Shown: positions 9,184 through 19,115 of the stretch, piece by piece
Layout: each line of letters begins with the position of its first letter
Position numbering within the stretch: position 1 is the stretch's first letter
Assembly: GCA_964496095.1 (NCBI GenBank)
Contig: CAZBWU010000002.1
Location: 79,595-143,594, forward strand
DNA from: an uncultured Gammaproteobacteria bacterium
GTDB lineage: Bacteria > Patescibacteriota > Patescibacteriia > Magasanikbacterales > GWA2-37-8
Direction of reading: 5' to 3'
Length of the DNA stretch: 64,000 nucleotides
Notes under the pieces: model-generated
What the model was told of the DNA's origin: nothing
Databases searched by the model: none
The model's input: the letters and a program-made list of their open reading frames with translations, nothing else
Program-made: the position numbers and the translations under genes

Positions 9184-10971
9184 TTATTTTTCTAAGCTCA
9201 TTATCTCTTGTATAATCTGTTTAACCGCTTCCGGATCCTGACTACTCTCAGCCTGCTTTAATTTTATACTAAGTTCCTGTCGTCTATTTTTTTGCCAATC
9301 TGACTTTATACCTTCAAATAAAATTTGAGCTTCTTTGTCTGCTTCCTTCAAATCAAACCCACTATAATCTTTATCCAACTTGAGCAATAAAATATCTACC
9401 AAAGTTTGCTCTTCTTTGGACAAGTCATGTTTGATAGCGTTCAAATCAATAGTGCCATTATAATGTTTTTTTAGGGATTCGTAAAGACCAGCGAACTGAT
9501 TCTGAGCAAAAAACTCAGGCCGCAACTTGAGGGCATACTGCGAAAACAAACTTGGAAATTTGAGAAGTAAGGTGAGGAAATTTTCAACCAACAAGACAAA
9601 CTTGGTATTTTCTGTCCACTCTTCTTTTTTTATTACTTTTACACCTTGATTATTCTGTTTGACATCAGAGAAATTTTTTGGTTGAGCAGTCTGAATTCTT
9701 GTCATTTCTTGGGACAAAGTAATTTGCTCCACACCCAATTCATAAGACAATTTTTTTAGCCAATGTTCCCGCTCTACCGCATATGGCAACCGAATAATTT
9801 CGGCCAAGAGCGTATCAGAAACTTTTTGTTTTTGCTTGGGATCATTTTTATTTATCCCGGTAAGTGCACTTGTAAAATACCAATCCATTACTTCTCGCGC
9901 TTCAGCTACAGCTTTAAACCAAACAGCTTTATCTTTTTTAATACATTCATCGGCATCTTTGCCAGCGCCTACAGGAATCTGAATAATCTTTATACTCATC
10001 CCCTGCTCCAGCGCCAAATCAATCCCGCGCTTAGCTGCATTTTGGCCAGCCGCGTCAGCATCAAAGGCAATCGCAATATTGTTTGAATATCTTTTTAATA
10101 ATTTTACTTGCTCAAAAGTCAGAGCTGTACCAGAAGAAGCCACCACATTTTTCATTCCTGCCTGATGACAGGCAATCACATCCATTTGGCCTTCCACCAG
10201 CACTGTAAAATCTTTGGATTTGATTTCTATCTTGGCTTTATTCAAGCCATACAACACTCTTGATTTATCAAAAACTAAAGTCTGAGGAGTATTAACATAT
10301 TTACCGCCTGACTTTTCGGTTTCTACCAGCACCCGACCGGTAAAGCCGACAACATTGCCATGCACGTCCCAAATAGGAAACATGATCCGACCACGGAAAC
10401 GATCATAAAAACTATTGCCACCTTCTTTTTTTATAGTGAGGCCAGAAGCCAATAAATCGTCTACGCTATTTCCTTTTTGCAATAAATACTTGGTCAACAA
10501 ATCCCACTGCTCAGGAATAAAACCAACTTGCCAATCAACAATTGTTTCTTGAGATAATTGTCTTCTCTGCAAATAGTCTCTCGCACCTTGGGCGGCCGGC
10601 ATATCCAACAAAAAATGATGAAAAAAATATACCGCCTTATTGTTAATTTCGACAATTCTGTTTTTCTGGCTTTTATTGACCTCACCGGCATAATCATCAA
10701 GTTTGACTCCAGCGCGATTGGCCAAAATTTTGAGAGCTTCGGAAAAATCTATACCTTCCATCTCCTGCAAGAAAGAAAAGACATCCCCGCCTTTGGCACA
10801 ACCAAAACAGTGCCAAAATTGCTTTTCAGGCTGAACCATAAACGAAGGCGATTTTTCGTTATGGAAAGGACAGTTGGCTTTGTAGTTAATGCCTGCCTTT
10901 TTGAGGCGGACGTATTCGCCGATTATCTGCACAATGTCCAATCTGTCTTTGATGGCTTGGGTATCGGTCAT
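9184..10971 (-). CDS. dnaG: DNA primase
   Basis: CPFH..KSPSF...CFGC zinc finger, DRFRGRIMFP, KYVNTP, TOPRIM VEG..DV, FDAD.AG. Confidence 0.96.
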   Translation of the reverse strand: MTDTQAIKDRLDIVQIIGEYVRLKKAGINYKANCPFHNEKSPSFMVQPEKQFWHCFGCAKGGDVFSFLQEMEGIDFSEALKILANRAGVKLDDYAGEVNKSQKNRIVEINNKAVYFFHHFLLDMPAAQGARDYLQRRQLSQETIVDWQVGFIPEQWDLLTKYLLQKGNSVDDLLASGLTIKKEGGNSFYDRFRGRIMFPIWDVHGNVVGFTGRVLVETEKSGGKYVNTPQTLVFDKSRVLYGLNKAKIEIKSKDFTVLVEGQMDVIACHQAGMKNVVASSGTALTFEQVKLLKRYSNNIAIAFDADAAGQNAAKRGIDLALEQGMSIKIIQIPVGAGKDADECIKKDKAVWFKAVAEAREVMDWYFTSALTGINKNDPKQKQKVSDTLLAEIIRLPYAVEREHWLKKLSYELGVEQITLSQEMTRIQTAQPKNFSDVKQNNQGVKVIKKEEWTENTKFVLLVENFLTLLLKFPSLFSQYALKLRPEFFAQNQFAGLYESLKKHYNGTIDLNAIKHDLSKEEQTLVDILLLKLDKDYSGFDLKEADKEAQILFEGIKSDWQKNRRQELSIKLKQAESSQDPEAVKQIIQEIMSLEK

Positions 10972-11027
10972 ATCATAGTATCTATACAAAAATACTACCT
11001 TAAAATAGACAGGATGGGAAGACTGGG

Positions 11028-12287
11028 CTATTCCCTTCTCAAAGCTTCAATTGGATTTAGTCTAGCCGCTTTGCGCGCTGGATAAAGCCCAAAGATAATA
11101 CCAATAAAAGCGGAGAAGCCGACTGATAAAAATATTGAATAAATTGGAATACTATAAACCCAATTAAAATTGTTGGCTATAGCCACAAAATAAACTAACA
11201 AGGCCAAAATCGCGCCCAGCACTACCCCAACTACCCCGCCGATAAATGTCAGCAACACCGACTCCATCAAAAATTGCGACAAAATATCTTCATTTTTTGC
11301 GCCCAAAGCTTTGCGTAGACCGATTTCAAAAACTCTTTCCAAAACCGAAACATACATAATATTCATAATTCCCACACCACCCACGATAAGCGAAATACAA
11401 ACTAGCGCTACAAGTAAAAAAGTAATTCCACTGACCACACTTCCCAAAATAGAAGTTGCTTCGGCCATTGTGTTGATAGCAAAATCATCTTTAGCTGAAT
11501 CTTCTATATCATGGTTAGCGCGAATGGTTTCCTCCAAATCCTGGACAGTCTGTTTGGAAATACTAGTATCTTTCATTTTAGCAATAATATTTCGAACATA
11601 ATCTATTCCCAAAATTCTTTTCTGCATTGTTTTGGTTGGTAAAATTATAACATTATCCATATCCATACCAAAAGTTGCGCCCCGTTTCACCGCTGTACCC
11701 AAAACTCTAAACGGCTTACCTTTTAAATAAATAGTTTTGCCCACGGCCGTATCATCGCCAAATAATTTATCTTTTACGGTCGGACCAAGCACAACCACTT
11801 GTGAGAGCGAATCCTCTTCTTCTTTGGTATACATTCTGCCCTCAGATAGAGAAAATTTTTCTACCTCAGGCATCATGTAGCCCTGGCCAAGCAAAGTAAT
11901 TGTTTTTATCTGCCCTTGATACGAAGCTACCGCCTGACCAATAACCCAACCATAAGCGGCGGAAATATTTGGGTGTTTGGATACATCAACAATGTCTTTA
12001 TTTTTTAAAGTAGTAATAGTTACTCCTGAAGATTGTCCAACAGCATTATCCGTGCCAGAACTCTTAGTACTTGGAATTTTGACTTCAATACTGATAGTAT
12101 CTGAACCAAAAATCTCAAGTTGACTCATAATAAATTTATCAAGCCCCCGACCCGCTGCTAAAATAGTAATCACAACCGCCACCCCAATACTAATCCCCAG
12201 GATCGTCAAAACAGACCTAGTTTTTTGTGCTAGCAAAGATCTTCCAGCCAATTTTAAATTCAAACCTAGATTTTGAAAACTACTCAT
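11028..12287 (-). CDS. MacB/FtsX-family ABC transporter permease
   Basis: RSVLTILGI.IGV, VGGVGIMNIM..SV.ER..EIGLRKALGA, PA.KAA.L.PIEALR.E. Confidence 0.92.
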   Translation of the reverse strand: MSSFQNLGLNLKLAGRSLLAQKTRSVLTILGISIGVAVVITILAAGRGLDKFIMSQLEIFGSDTISIEVKIPSTKSSGTDNAVGQSSGVTITTLKNKDIVDVSKHPNISAAYGWVIGQAVASYQGQIKTITLLGQGYMMPEVEKFSLSEGRMYTKEEEDSLSQVVVLGPTVKDKLFGDDTAVGKTIYLKGKPFRVLGTAVKRGATFGMDMDNVIILPTKTMQKRILGIDYVRNIIAKMKDTSISKQTVQDLEETIRANHDIEDSAKDDFAINTMAEATSILGSVVSGITFLLVALVCISLIVGGVGIMNIMYVSVLERVFEIGLRKALGAKNEDILSQFLMESVLLTFIGGVVGVVLGAILALLVYFVAIANNFNWVYSIPIYSIFLSVGFSAFIGIIFGLYPARKAARLNPIEALRRE

Positions 12288-12313
12288 AACTGTTTAATAA
12301 ATTACGAAACAAC

Positions 12314-12438
12314 TGTCATCCCGAGCACCCTAAAGGGTATAAACTCCGTCGAGGGACCCCTTATACTTCGTTATTGCAAAAACAATGTTTAGGGGATTCC
12401 TCCACTCAGTCGTAAAAACTCCTTCGGTCGGAATGACA
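12314..12438. repeat. REP/RPE-like palindromic element (TGTCATCCCGAGC...GGAATGACA)
   Basis: Imperfect terminal inverted repeat TGTCAT.CCGA / TCGGAATGACA with an internal CCCT-aa-AGGG hairpin. Confidence 0.7.
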
Positions 12439-12448
12439 ACTACAAACT

Positions 12449-13687
12449 TTATTCGTATCTTAGCGCTTCTATTGGATTTAATTTACTAGCTCTTTTTGCC
12501 GGTACCAAACCAAACACCAAACCAATTCCAACACCCACTACACAAGCGACCAAAATAGATGACAAGGACACAACTATTTCCCAGCTATAACCCTGGCCCT
12601 GGGCAATTTTTCCAGCCACAAAAGAAATCACAATACCAAGTATGATTCCCAACAAGGCTCCCAAAAAAGTAATCATAACTGCTTCAATCAAAAACTGTAA
12701 AGTAATATCCATATTGGTTGCGCCCAATGCTTTGCGCAAACCAACTTCTCTCGTTCTCTCTTGCACCGCCGCCAGCATGATATTCATAATCCCGATTCCA
12801 CCCACCACCAATGATATAGCAGCGATAGATGATAAAAATATTTTTAGAGCGTTAGTAATATTGGTAAGCGCGTCAAGACCTTGCGCCGTAGTACGCACTG
12901 AAAAATCATCCTCTTCAGGATTAGTTATATCGTGCTGTTCTCGAAGTATTTGTTTAATATAATCAACGCTTTTTGCAACATTTTCCGCCTTGTCAATCTT
13001 AAGTCGCGCAAAACTAACATAATCTATGCCCAATAATAATTTTTGCGCTGTAGAAAATGGAATATAAATTTGATTATCTTGATTTTGAAAACCACTACTC
13101 CCTCTTTCGGTCATCACTCCAATTATAGTAAAAGTGATTTTTTTAATTTTTATTTGCTTGCCTATTGGATCAGTGTCTCTAAACAACTCCTTAACTACTT
13201 GACTACCCAAAACCGCCACCTTGCCTAAATTTTTATCTTCTTCTTCAGAAAAAAATCTACCCAACTCTACTTTTGTATCTTCTACATCAGGTAACTGCGA
13301 CGAAACACCGACAAAACTAGTGTCAGTTTTATTTTCTTCCCAACTTATAGTATCTACGCCTTTGACATAGGGCGTGGCTGCGACAATATTTGAATAATCA
13401 GAATCTGTGAGCGCTTTAATATCGGCTTGTTTGAGAGTAGTCACCACAATCCCCATCGCCGAAGCGGGCGGGCCGTTGTCTTCTGATTTGCCTGGTAAAA
13501 TGCCAACCAGATTGGAACCAAGACTAGTTACCTGATTGAGAATCAAACTCTGCGCGCCGGCGCCGACTGACATCACCACAATCACAGACATAATACCAAT
13601 CACAATTCCAAGCATGGTCAAAAAAGACCGTACTTTATTTCGGCCCACAATTTTCCAAACACTATTTACTTCTTCTAAAATATTCAT
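12449..13687 (-). CDS. Second MacB/FtsX-family ABC transporter permease
   Basis: Same family motifs. True start at MNILEE (13687); the ORF-track extension to 13834 is translated repeat sequence. Confidence 0.92.
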   Translation of the reverse strand: MNILEEVNSVWKIVGRNKVRSFLTMLGIVIGIMSVIVVMSVGAGAQSLILNQVTSLGSNLVGILPGKSEDNGPPASAMGIVVTTLKQADIKALTDSDYSNIVAATPYVKGVDTISWEENKTDTSFVGVSSQLPDVEDTKVELGRFFSEEEDKNLGKVAVLGSQVVKELFRDTDPIGKQIKIKKITFTIIGVMTERGSSGFQNQDNQIYIPFSTAQKLLLGIDYVSFARLKIDKAENVAKSVDYIKQILREQHDITNPEEDDFSVRTTAQGLDALTNITNALKIFLSSIAAISLVVGGIGIMNIMLAAVQERTREVGLRKALGATNMDITLQFLIEAVMITFLGALLGIILGIVISFVAGKIAQGQGYSWEIVVSLSSILVACVVGVGIGLVFGLVPAKRASKLNPIEALRYE

Positions 13688-13695
13688 ACAAAATT

Positions 13696-13870
13696 TGTCA
13701 TTCTGAGCAAAGCGAAGAATCCCTGCCGGTGTAATTGTCATTCCCGCCAAAGCGGGAATCCAGACAATTCGACCGGACACTAGATTCCGAATCAAGTTCA
13801 GAATGACAGTAAACGATCGATAGTAATCGTCCACGGAATTTATCCCCTTTAGGGGGTTCCGGATAGCAAC
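13696..13870. repeat. Cluster of GTCAT...ATGAC palindromic repeats (REP/RPE/dRS3-like)
   Basis: GTCATTCTGAGCAAAGCGAAGAATCCC (13697), GTCATTCCCGCCAAAGCGGGAATCCAG (13737), TAGATTCCGAATCAAGTTCAGAATGAC (13781), and an inverted copy of the 12328 motif at 13833-13854. Confidence 0.75.
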
Positions 13871-13877
13871 TAAAAAA

Positions 13878-14600
13878 TTATTTCTTCAACTCGTCGGTAT
13901 CTTTAGCTATCAATCGATTTAATACTGGCACATCTTCAACTATCAAACCATCTTTGACACGTAAAATTCTTTTGGCATGATCGGCAGTGTACTTTTCATG
14001 AGTAACCAAAATAATAGTATGCCCTTGCTCATTAAGGTTCTGCAAAATACGCATTACCTGCAAACCTGACTTAGAATCAAGGTTACCAGTTGGTTCGTCT
14101 GCAAAAATGACTGACGGGTTATTTACTAGCGACCTGGCGATAGCCACACGCTGTTTTTCTCCACCAGACAATTGATTGGAAAAAAATTCCAGTCTATGAC
14201 CCAAGCCAACAGAAACAAGCGCCTCTTTGGCCTTGGCTAACATTTCTGATTTTTCCATTTTTATATAGGTCAAAGGCAACATTACATTTTCCATCACGGT
14301 TGTGCGAGGTAATAAATTGAATGCCTGAAAAATAAAACCCACTTCTTGGCTACGCATTTTTGCTAATTGATCATCTGTCAGAGCGCTCACATCTTTGCCT
14401 CCAAAAATATACAAACCAGAAGTAAGCTTATCCAAAAAACCAAGAATATGCATTAATGTTGATTTACCTGAGCCGGATGGTCCCATAATAGCCACAAACT
14501 CCCCCTTTTCAATCGAAAAATTAATACCATGCAAAACAGAAGTGACAACTCCTTCACTCTCGTAATTCTTCATTAAATTTTTAATTTCAATCAGAGACAT
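13878..14600 (-). CDS. ABC transporter ATP-binding protein (MacB/LolD-like)
   Basis: [31 protein letters not shown]. Confidence 0.93.
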   Translation of the reverse strand: MSLIEIKNLMKNYESEGVVTSVLHGINFSIEKGEFVAIMGPSGSGKSTLMHILGFLDKLTSGLYIFGGKDVSALTDDQLAKMRSQEVGFIFQAFNLLPRTTVMENVMLPLTYIKMEKSEMLAKAKEALVSVGLGHRLEFFSNQLSGGEKQRVAIARSLVNNPSVIFADEPTGNLDSKSGLQVMRILQNLNEQGHTIILVTHEKYTADHAKRILRVKDGLIVEDVPVLNRLIAKDTDELKK

Positions 14601-14604
14601 AATC

Positions 14605-16164
14605 TTATTTAACACTTACGATAACATCTTCACCCTCGCTAAGACCGTCTAAAATCTCAACTTTACCACTGTCAGCCCTCATTCCAAGCTTAACCATCTT
14701 GTCTACAGCTTGGCCATTTTCAAGAACTTTTACATATCTACCATCATCATTGGTATGAATAGTGCGAAGCGGCACAAACAAAGTTCCGGCGCGAGAATCA
14801 GTGCTAATTTTCAAATTAGCAGTCATGCCAGGTTTGATATCTTTATCAGAATCATTAATAGTGATTGTCACTTTATAATAAACCACATCTTGAATATCGG
14901 TTGAACCTGGTTGGATATTAATAACTTTACCGGTAAATTTAGTTTCATCACCAAAGGCGTCGAGCGTGATTACAACCTCGTCATCCATTTTTAATTTAGA
15001 AATATCCGTCTCGGAAATATCGACTTTAACTTCATAGTGAGGCACAAACATCCTTATCATTTCTTCGTTGGAAGAAATAAACTCACCTACTTTTTTACTA
15101 ATAGAAGTCACCACTCCACTAATCGGCGCTCTAATAATCGCTTTATTGCGACTCGCCACAGCTTGATACAAGGCAGCTCGGTAAGCAGCCACATCGACAT
15201 CACGCACCGGATTTATTTTGTTGTTATAATTAGCTAGAGCTTGTTTGTACTGAGCTTCTTTTATCTTTAGAGACACTCTCGCATCAGCGATTGCTTGTTT
15301 CGCATTAGTCAAAGCTACGAGCTGAGCGTTAACTGAGGTTCTGGTAGCATCAATAGTAGTTTTTTTCGTGGCTAAAGTAGTTTGCGTAAAATTAATACCA
15401 GTAATAGAGGTATTTAAAACTTCTCCAACGGAAATAAGCAACTGATTCATCTGTGTATAAGTTTCGACGGCGCCAATCAAAGCAGAATCAATTTCAGACT
15501 CAGAAGAAATACTAGTTAGCGGTGTAATTCTACTCTTAATTTGCCCAACTAACGCTTTTATAACTACATACTGAGAATTCGCCACATTTAGTTTATTTGA
15601 ATCAGAGGCTGATAAAGAACCTTGAAAATCGTCATTCACACTTGTATTATCTATACCTAAAATATTATCTGACTGCACCAAACCGTCATCTAACTTAACT
15701 AAAGAAGTTTGCAATACTGTCACAGCGTCTTCGTAAGCATTAGAAACCAAAGTACTATTTTGCAAATCAGCTTCTGCTTGATCTAAAACAGCTTTATAAT
15801 AGTCTTTTTCAGACTGCGTGCCTCCGGCTAATTTTTGATTTAAGTTGGCTTGAGCCTGAGCTACAGCCGCATTTAACTCGGCTAATTTCAAATTTGCTAA
15901 AGTTTGCCCAGCTTTTACCTTGGCACCGGCTTTAATATTAACTCCACTTATAAGACCTGGAATCTCAAATCGCAAAGACAGATCACTTTGTGATTCAACC
16001 TTACCGGTTGCTTCCACGGTTTGAGTCAGATCGCCTTTTTCGACTTTAACTGTTTCGTATTGCACTGGTTGATTCGCTTTTTTTATTCGCCCATAGACCA
16101 CCGCCCCGACTATCAAAATAATAACGGCAATAATGTAGAATTTTTTGGTTTTGAAAATGTTCAT
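14605..16164 (-). CDS. Efflux periplasmic adaptor (MacA/HlyD-type membrane fusion protein)
   Basis: N-terminal TM, lipoyl halves (G..VKAGQ.LA, IRAPISGVV), long coiled coil, IKPGMTAN, GL.EGE.V. Confidence 0.9.
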   Translation of the reverse strand: MNIFKTKKFYIIAVIILIVGAVVYGRIKKANQPVQYETVKVEKGDLTQTVEATGKVESQSDLSLRFEIPGLISGVNIKAGAKVKAGQTLANLKLAELNAAVAQAQANLNQKLAGGTQSEKDYYKAVLDQAEADLQNSTLVSNAYEDAVTVLQTSLVKLDDGLVQSDNILGIDNTSVNDDFQGSLSASDSNKLNVANSQYVVIKALVGQIKSRITPLTSISSESEIDSALIGAVETYTQMNQLLISVGEVLNTSITGINFTQTTLATKKTTIDATRTSVNAQLVALTNAKQAIADARVSLKIKEAQYKQALANYNNKINPVRDVDVAAYRAALYQAVASRNKAIIRAPISGVVTSISKKVGEFISSNEEMIRMFVPHYEVKVDISETDISKLKMDDEVVITLDAFGDETKFTGKVINIQPGSTDIQDVVYYKVTITINDSDKDIKPGMTANLKISTDSRAGTLFVPLRTIHTNDDGRYVKVLENGQAVDKMVKLGMRADSGKVEILDGLSEGEDVIVSVK

Positions 16165-16199
16165 ATTCGAAATAGTTTTTGGGCAATGCCCTTAATTAA

Positions 16200-16418
16200 T
16201 TATTTTAAATTTTTACTTAAAACTGACAATAGTTCCCGCATCATCTTTTGTGGCACAAGAATTATCTTTCCAAAATGCTCCGCCACCATAAACTGATCAC
16301 CATTTTTTAATTTTAGCTTACTACGAGCTTCTTTGGGGATAACTAACTGCCCACGTTCCCCCATTACCGTCATACCATAGACATGGAAACCGCTTTTACC
16401 AAGCAAGTCTTTTGCCAT
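16200..16418 (-). CDS. AbrB/MazE/SpoVT-family DNA-binding protein
   Basis: MGERGQLVIPKEARSKLKLKNGD motif. Start at MAKDLL (16418). Confidence 0.88.
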   Translation of the reverse strand: MAKDLLGKSGFHVYGMTVMGERGQLVIPKEARSKLKLKNGDQFMVAEHFGKIILVPQKMMRELLSVLSKNLK

Positions 16419-16441
16419 ATAATAAATATAAAAAATATGAA

Positions 16442-16481
16442 TAATCATACTAATCATACTAGAATACGGCCTTTTTGTCAA
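16442..16481 (-). promoter_or_regulatory. Sigma70 promoter overlapped by a 9-bp tandem repeat (putative operator)
   Basis: TTGACA(16481-16476)-N17-TATGAT(16458-16453); (TAATCATAC)2 at 16442-16459. Confidence 0.7.
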
Positions 16482-16484
16482 AGA

Positions 16485-17999
16485 TTAATTTTTCTCCCAA
16501 TCTTTTACTTTTGCCAAATATTTATCCTTAATACTCTCAAAATATACTTTAGCCGCCTCGTAATCATTGGGGATTATACCTTCAAGAATAGCTTCTTCAA
16601 TATCTTCTTTAATTTTGCCTACAGTTGGCCCCGGTTTTAGGTTTGCTAACTGCATTATCTCATCCCCTCGTAGTGGCGACTGAAACGCCCTAAGCTTATC
16701 TTTTTCTATAACTTCTTTAATTTTTTCTTCCAAATAGTCATAATTTTTCAAACGTTTTTCTTTTTTGTGTGGATTACCGCTAGTAATATCACTTCTACCC
16801 AAAATCAATAAATCTTCTAATTCATCACCCAGATTTACTACTAGACGACGCACTGCCGAATCGGTAATGCCATCATCCATAAGACTTATCGGTTGCATAT
16901 GCCACCTGACAAGCTTTGCTAGGTAATCTGTATCATTTTTGGAAAAACGCAAACGCTTAGCAATGGCGTAAACCATTTTTTTACCCACATGTTCATGTTG
17001 ATGAAAAGTCCAGCCAATTTTTGGTAATAATTTTTTGGTAGCCGGTTTACCAATATCATGAAGCATGCCAGCAACGCGTAATAATGTTTTGTCTGATCGC
17101 TCGGCTACATTGTCTACAACTTTAAAGGTATGCAACAGATTATCTTTATGCTGGTGACCATAGACATCTTCTACTCCTTCTAGCTTGGCCACTTCTGGTA
17201 AAACCATATCTAACAAATGCGTCTGCCACATTAAAATAAGCCCTATAGATGGTCTTGAGCAAGACATTAATTTGAATAATTCTTCTTGAATTCTTTCCGC
17301 TGAGATAATTTTTAGACGCTCCCGATTTATATATACCGATTCAAGCGTTTTTGGTTCGATTGAAAAATCTAGTTGACTGGCAAAACGCACCGCGCGCATC
17401 ATGCGCAAAGGATCATCAATAAAAGTTTTGTCCGGGTCAAGCGGAGTGCGTAGTATTTTATTTTTTAAATCTATTAAGCCATCAAATGGATCAATAATTT
17501 CTTTTTTTAATTTAGCCTCGCTTGGACTAAGCGATTTAGCAAACACAGACACTGGCACTGCCATTGCATTGACTGTAAAATCGCGTCTAGCCAAGTCTTC
17601 TTCCAAGGTTGTTTGTTCCACCTTTGGTTTGCGCGAATTAGGTTCGTATTTTTCCGACCTCGCCCCGGCAAACTCCAAAACTATTTCTTCATTATCTTCG
17701 CTTTCACTATGAACTGATAACTGTGAACCTGCCTGTCCGGCAGGCAGGTTGTGAACTTTTAAAATATACCTGGCTGTATCAAAATCAGGGAATTCTATCA
17801 AACTCCCCTCTTGTTTCAATTCTTCATCAAATTTCTTGGCAAACTCAAGACCGCTCCCCACCACAACAAAATCCAAATCTTTTTTTTGCACTCTACCTAA
17901 TAAAAAATCACGCACAAAACCACCCACAATATACGCAGGAACATTGGTTTTTTTTGAAACCAATTCAACTTGTTGAAATATTTTTTCCAATGAATCCAT
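16485..17999 (-). CDS. cca: CCA-adding tRNA nucleotidyltransferase (class II) with HD domain
   Basis: VGGFVRD..DLD, EDLARRDFTVNAMA, DDPLRMMRAVRF, ISAERI.EEL, LHDIGK; YxxxSRKP flexible loop present. Confidence 0.92.
   Translation of the reverse strand: MDSLEKIFQQVELVSKKTNVPAYIVGGFVRDFLLGRVQKKDLDFVVVGSGLEFAKKFDEELKQEGSLIEFPDFDTARYILKVHNLPAGQAGSQLSVHSESEDNEEIVLEFAGARSEKYEPNSRKPKVEQTTLEEDLARRDFTVNAMAVPVSVFAKSLSPSEAKLKKEIIDPFDGLIDLKNKILRTPLDPDKTFIDDPLRMMRAVRFASQLDFSIEPKTLESVYINRERLKIISAERIQEELFKLMSCSRPSIGLILMWQTHLLDMVLPEVAKLEGVEDVYGHQHKDNLLHTFKVVDNVAERSDKTLLRVAGMLHDIGKPATKKLLPKIGWTFHQHEHVGKKMVYAIAKRLRFSKNDTDYLAKLVRWHMQPISLMDDGITDSAVRRLVVNLGDELEDLLILGRSDITSGNPHKKEKRLKNYDYLEEKIKEVIEKDKLRAFQSPLRGDEIMQLANLKPGPTVGKIKEDIEEAILEGIIPNDYEAAKVYFESIKDKYLAKVKDWEKN
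17726..17750. repeat. Palindromic micro-repeat AACCTGCCTG-tccgg-CAGGCAGGTT inserted in frame in cca
   Basis: Perfect 10-bp arms, embedded in a degenerate 7-mer array (CTRTGAA-like). Confidence 0.8.
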
Positions 18000-18002
18000 A
18001 AT

Positions 18003-19037
18003 TTAGACCTTTCTCTTCCCTCCCACTCTTTTTTCTGCCACCTCTTCGGTAATCCATTCTTCTTTCAAAAGTTTTTTGATAGAATTTTCCATGGTTTCCA
18101 TACCTTCTTTAACCCCTGTCTGAATGGCCGATTTTATTTGACTAATTTCATTATTACGAATCAAATTCGCCACAGCCGGAGTATTAATCAAAATCTCTCT
18201 AGCCGGCACTCGACCACCGTCTTTAGAAGGCAAAAGCTGTTGAGCCACAACCCCACGCAAAACTGCAGACAACTGAATTAACACTTGTTTTTGTTTTGAG
18301 CCTTCAAATACGTCCACAATACGCTCAACCGATTCGGCAGCGCTAGAAGTATGTAGTGTAGAAAATACCAAATGGCCTGTCTCAGCAGCAGTAAGTGCCA
18401 TCGCAATAGTTTCTGGATCACGCATCTCACCTACAAAAATTATGTTTGGATCTTGACGCAGGACATACTTGAGCGCGCTCGCAAAAGAATTGGTATCAGC
18501 TCCGACTTCGCGCTGTTCAATCAAACTTTTTTTATCTTTAAATACAAACTCGATTGGATCCTCGATAGTAATAATATGTGCCTTCCGAGTTTTGTTTATT
18601 TCTTCAATCAAGGAAGCAATGGTGGTAGTCTTTCCACAACCAGTAGGACCGGTAATCAAAACCAAACCATCAAGCAAATTTGCCATCTCAAGCAGGGCAG
18701 GCTCAAAACGCAAATCCTCAGGCGTAGGAATTTCGGCTAAAATCACACGGGCGCTCATGCCGATATTTTTTGACTGCCAATGCAAGTTTACGCGAAAACG
18801 AACCTCACCAACTTCATAGCTAATATCAAGCTCTTTTTCTTCTTCAAACTTTTTTTGCTGTTCTTTGGTAATTAATTCGTTTATTTGAGACTCCAATTCT
18901 TTATTACTTAATGGTTTATCATCAAGTTCTTTTAATTCGCCCTCTATTCTAATCATTGGCATCTCTCCTCCTACCAAATGCAAATCTGAGGCCTCTTGTT
19001 TGATAGCTTCTTTAAAGTATGACTTGATGTCTAACAT
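18003..19037 (-). CDS. pilT: Type IV pilus retraction ATPase PilT
   Basis: ASDLHL, GPTGCGKTT, TIEDPIE, QREVG.DT.SF, LRQDP, AAETGHLVFSTLHT, AVANLIR. Confidence 0.93.
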   Translation of the reverse strand: MLDIKSYFKEAIKQEASDLHLVGGEMPMIRIEGELKELDDKPLSNKELESQINELITKEQQKKFEEEKELDISYEVGEVRFRVNLHWQSKNIGMSARVILAEIPTPEDLRFEPALLEMANLLDGLVLITGPTGCGKTTTIASLIEEINKTRKAHIITIEDPIEFVFKDKKSLIEQREVGADTNSFASALKYVLRQDPNIIFVGEMRDPETIAMALTAAETGHLVFSTLHTSSAAESVERIVDVFEGSKQKQVLIQLSAVLRGVVAQQLLPSKDGGRVPAREILINTPAVANLIRNNEISQIKSAIQTGVKEGMETMENSIKKLLKEEWITEEVAEKRVGGKRKV

Positions 19038-19115
19038 AGATTTACAATAAAAACAATAAAATTATGCTTAAATTGTAGCATAAACAGGGTTTTTTGAGAA
19101 GTGTATATTTAATTG

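Noticed and set aside
13688-13834. N-terminal extension of the permease ORF (VILNLIRNL...WIPALAGMT...ILRFAQND)
   Set aside because: It is a translation of palindromic repeats; family homology starts at MNILEE.
16200-16418. MazE/VapB antitoxin of a toxin-antitoxin pair
   Set aside because: No toxin ORF is adjacent; the next gene is an efflux adaptor.
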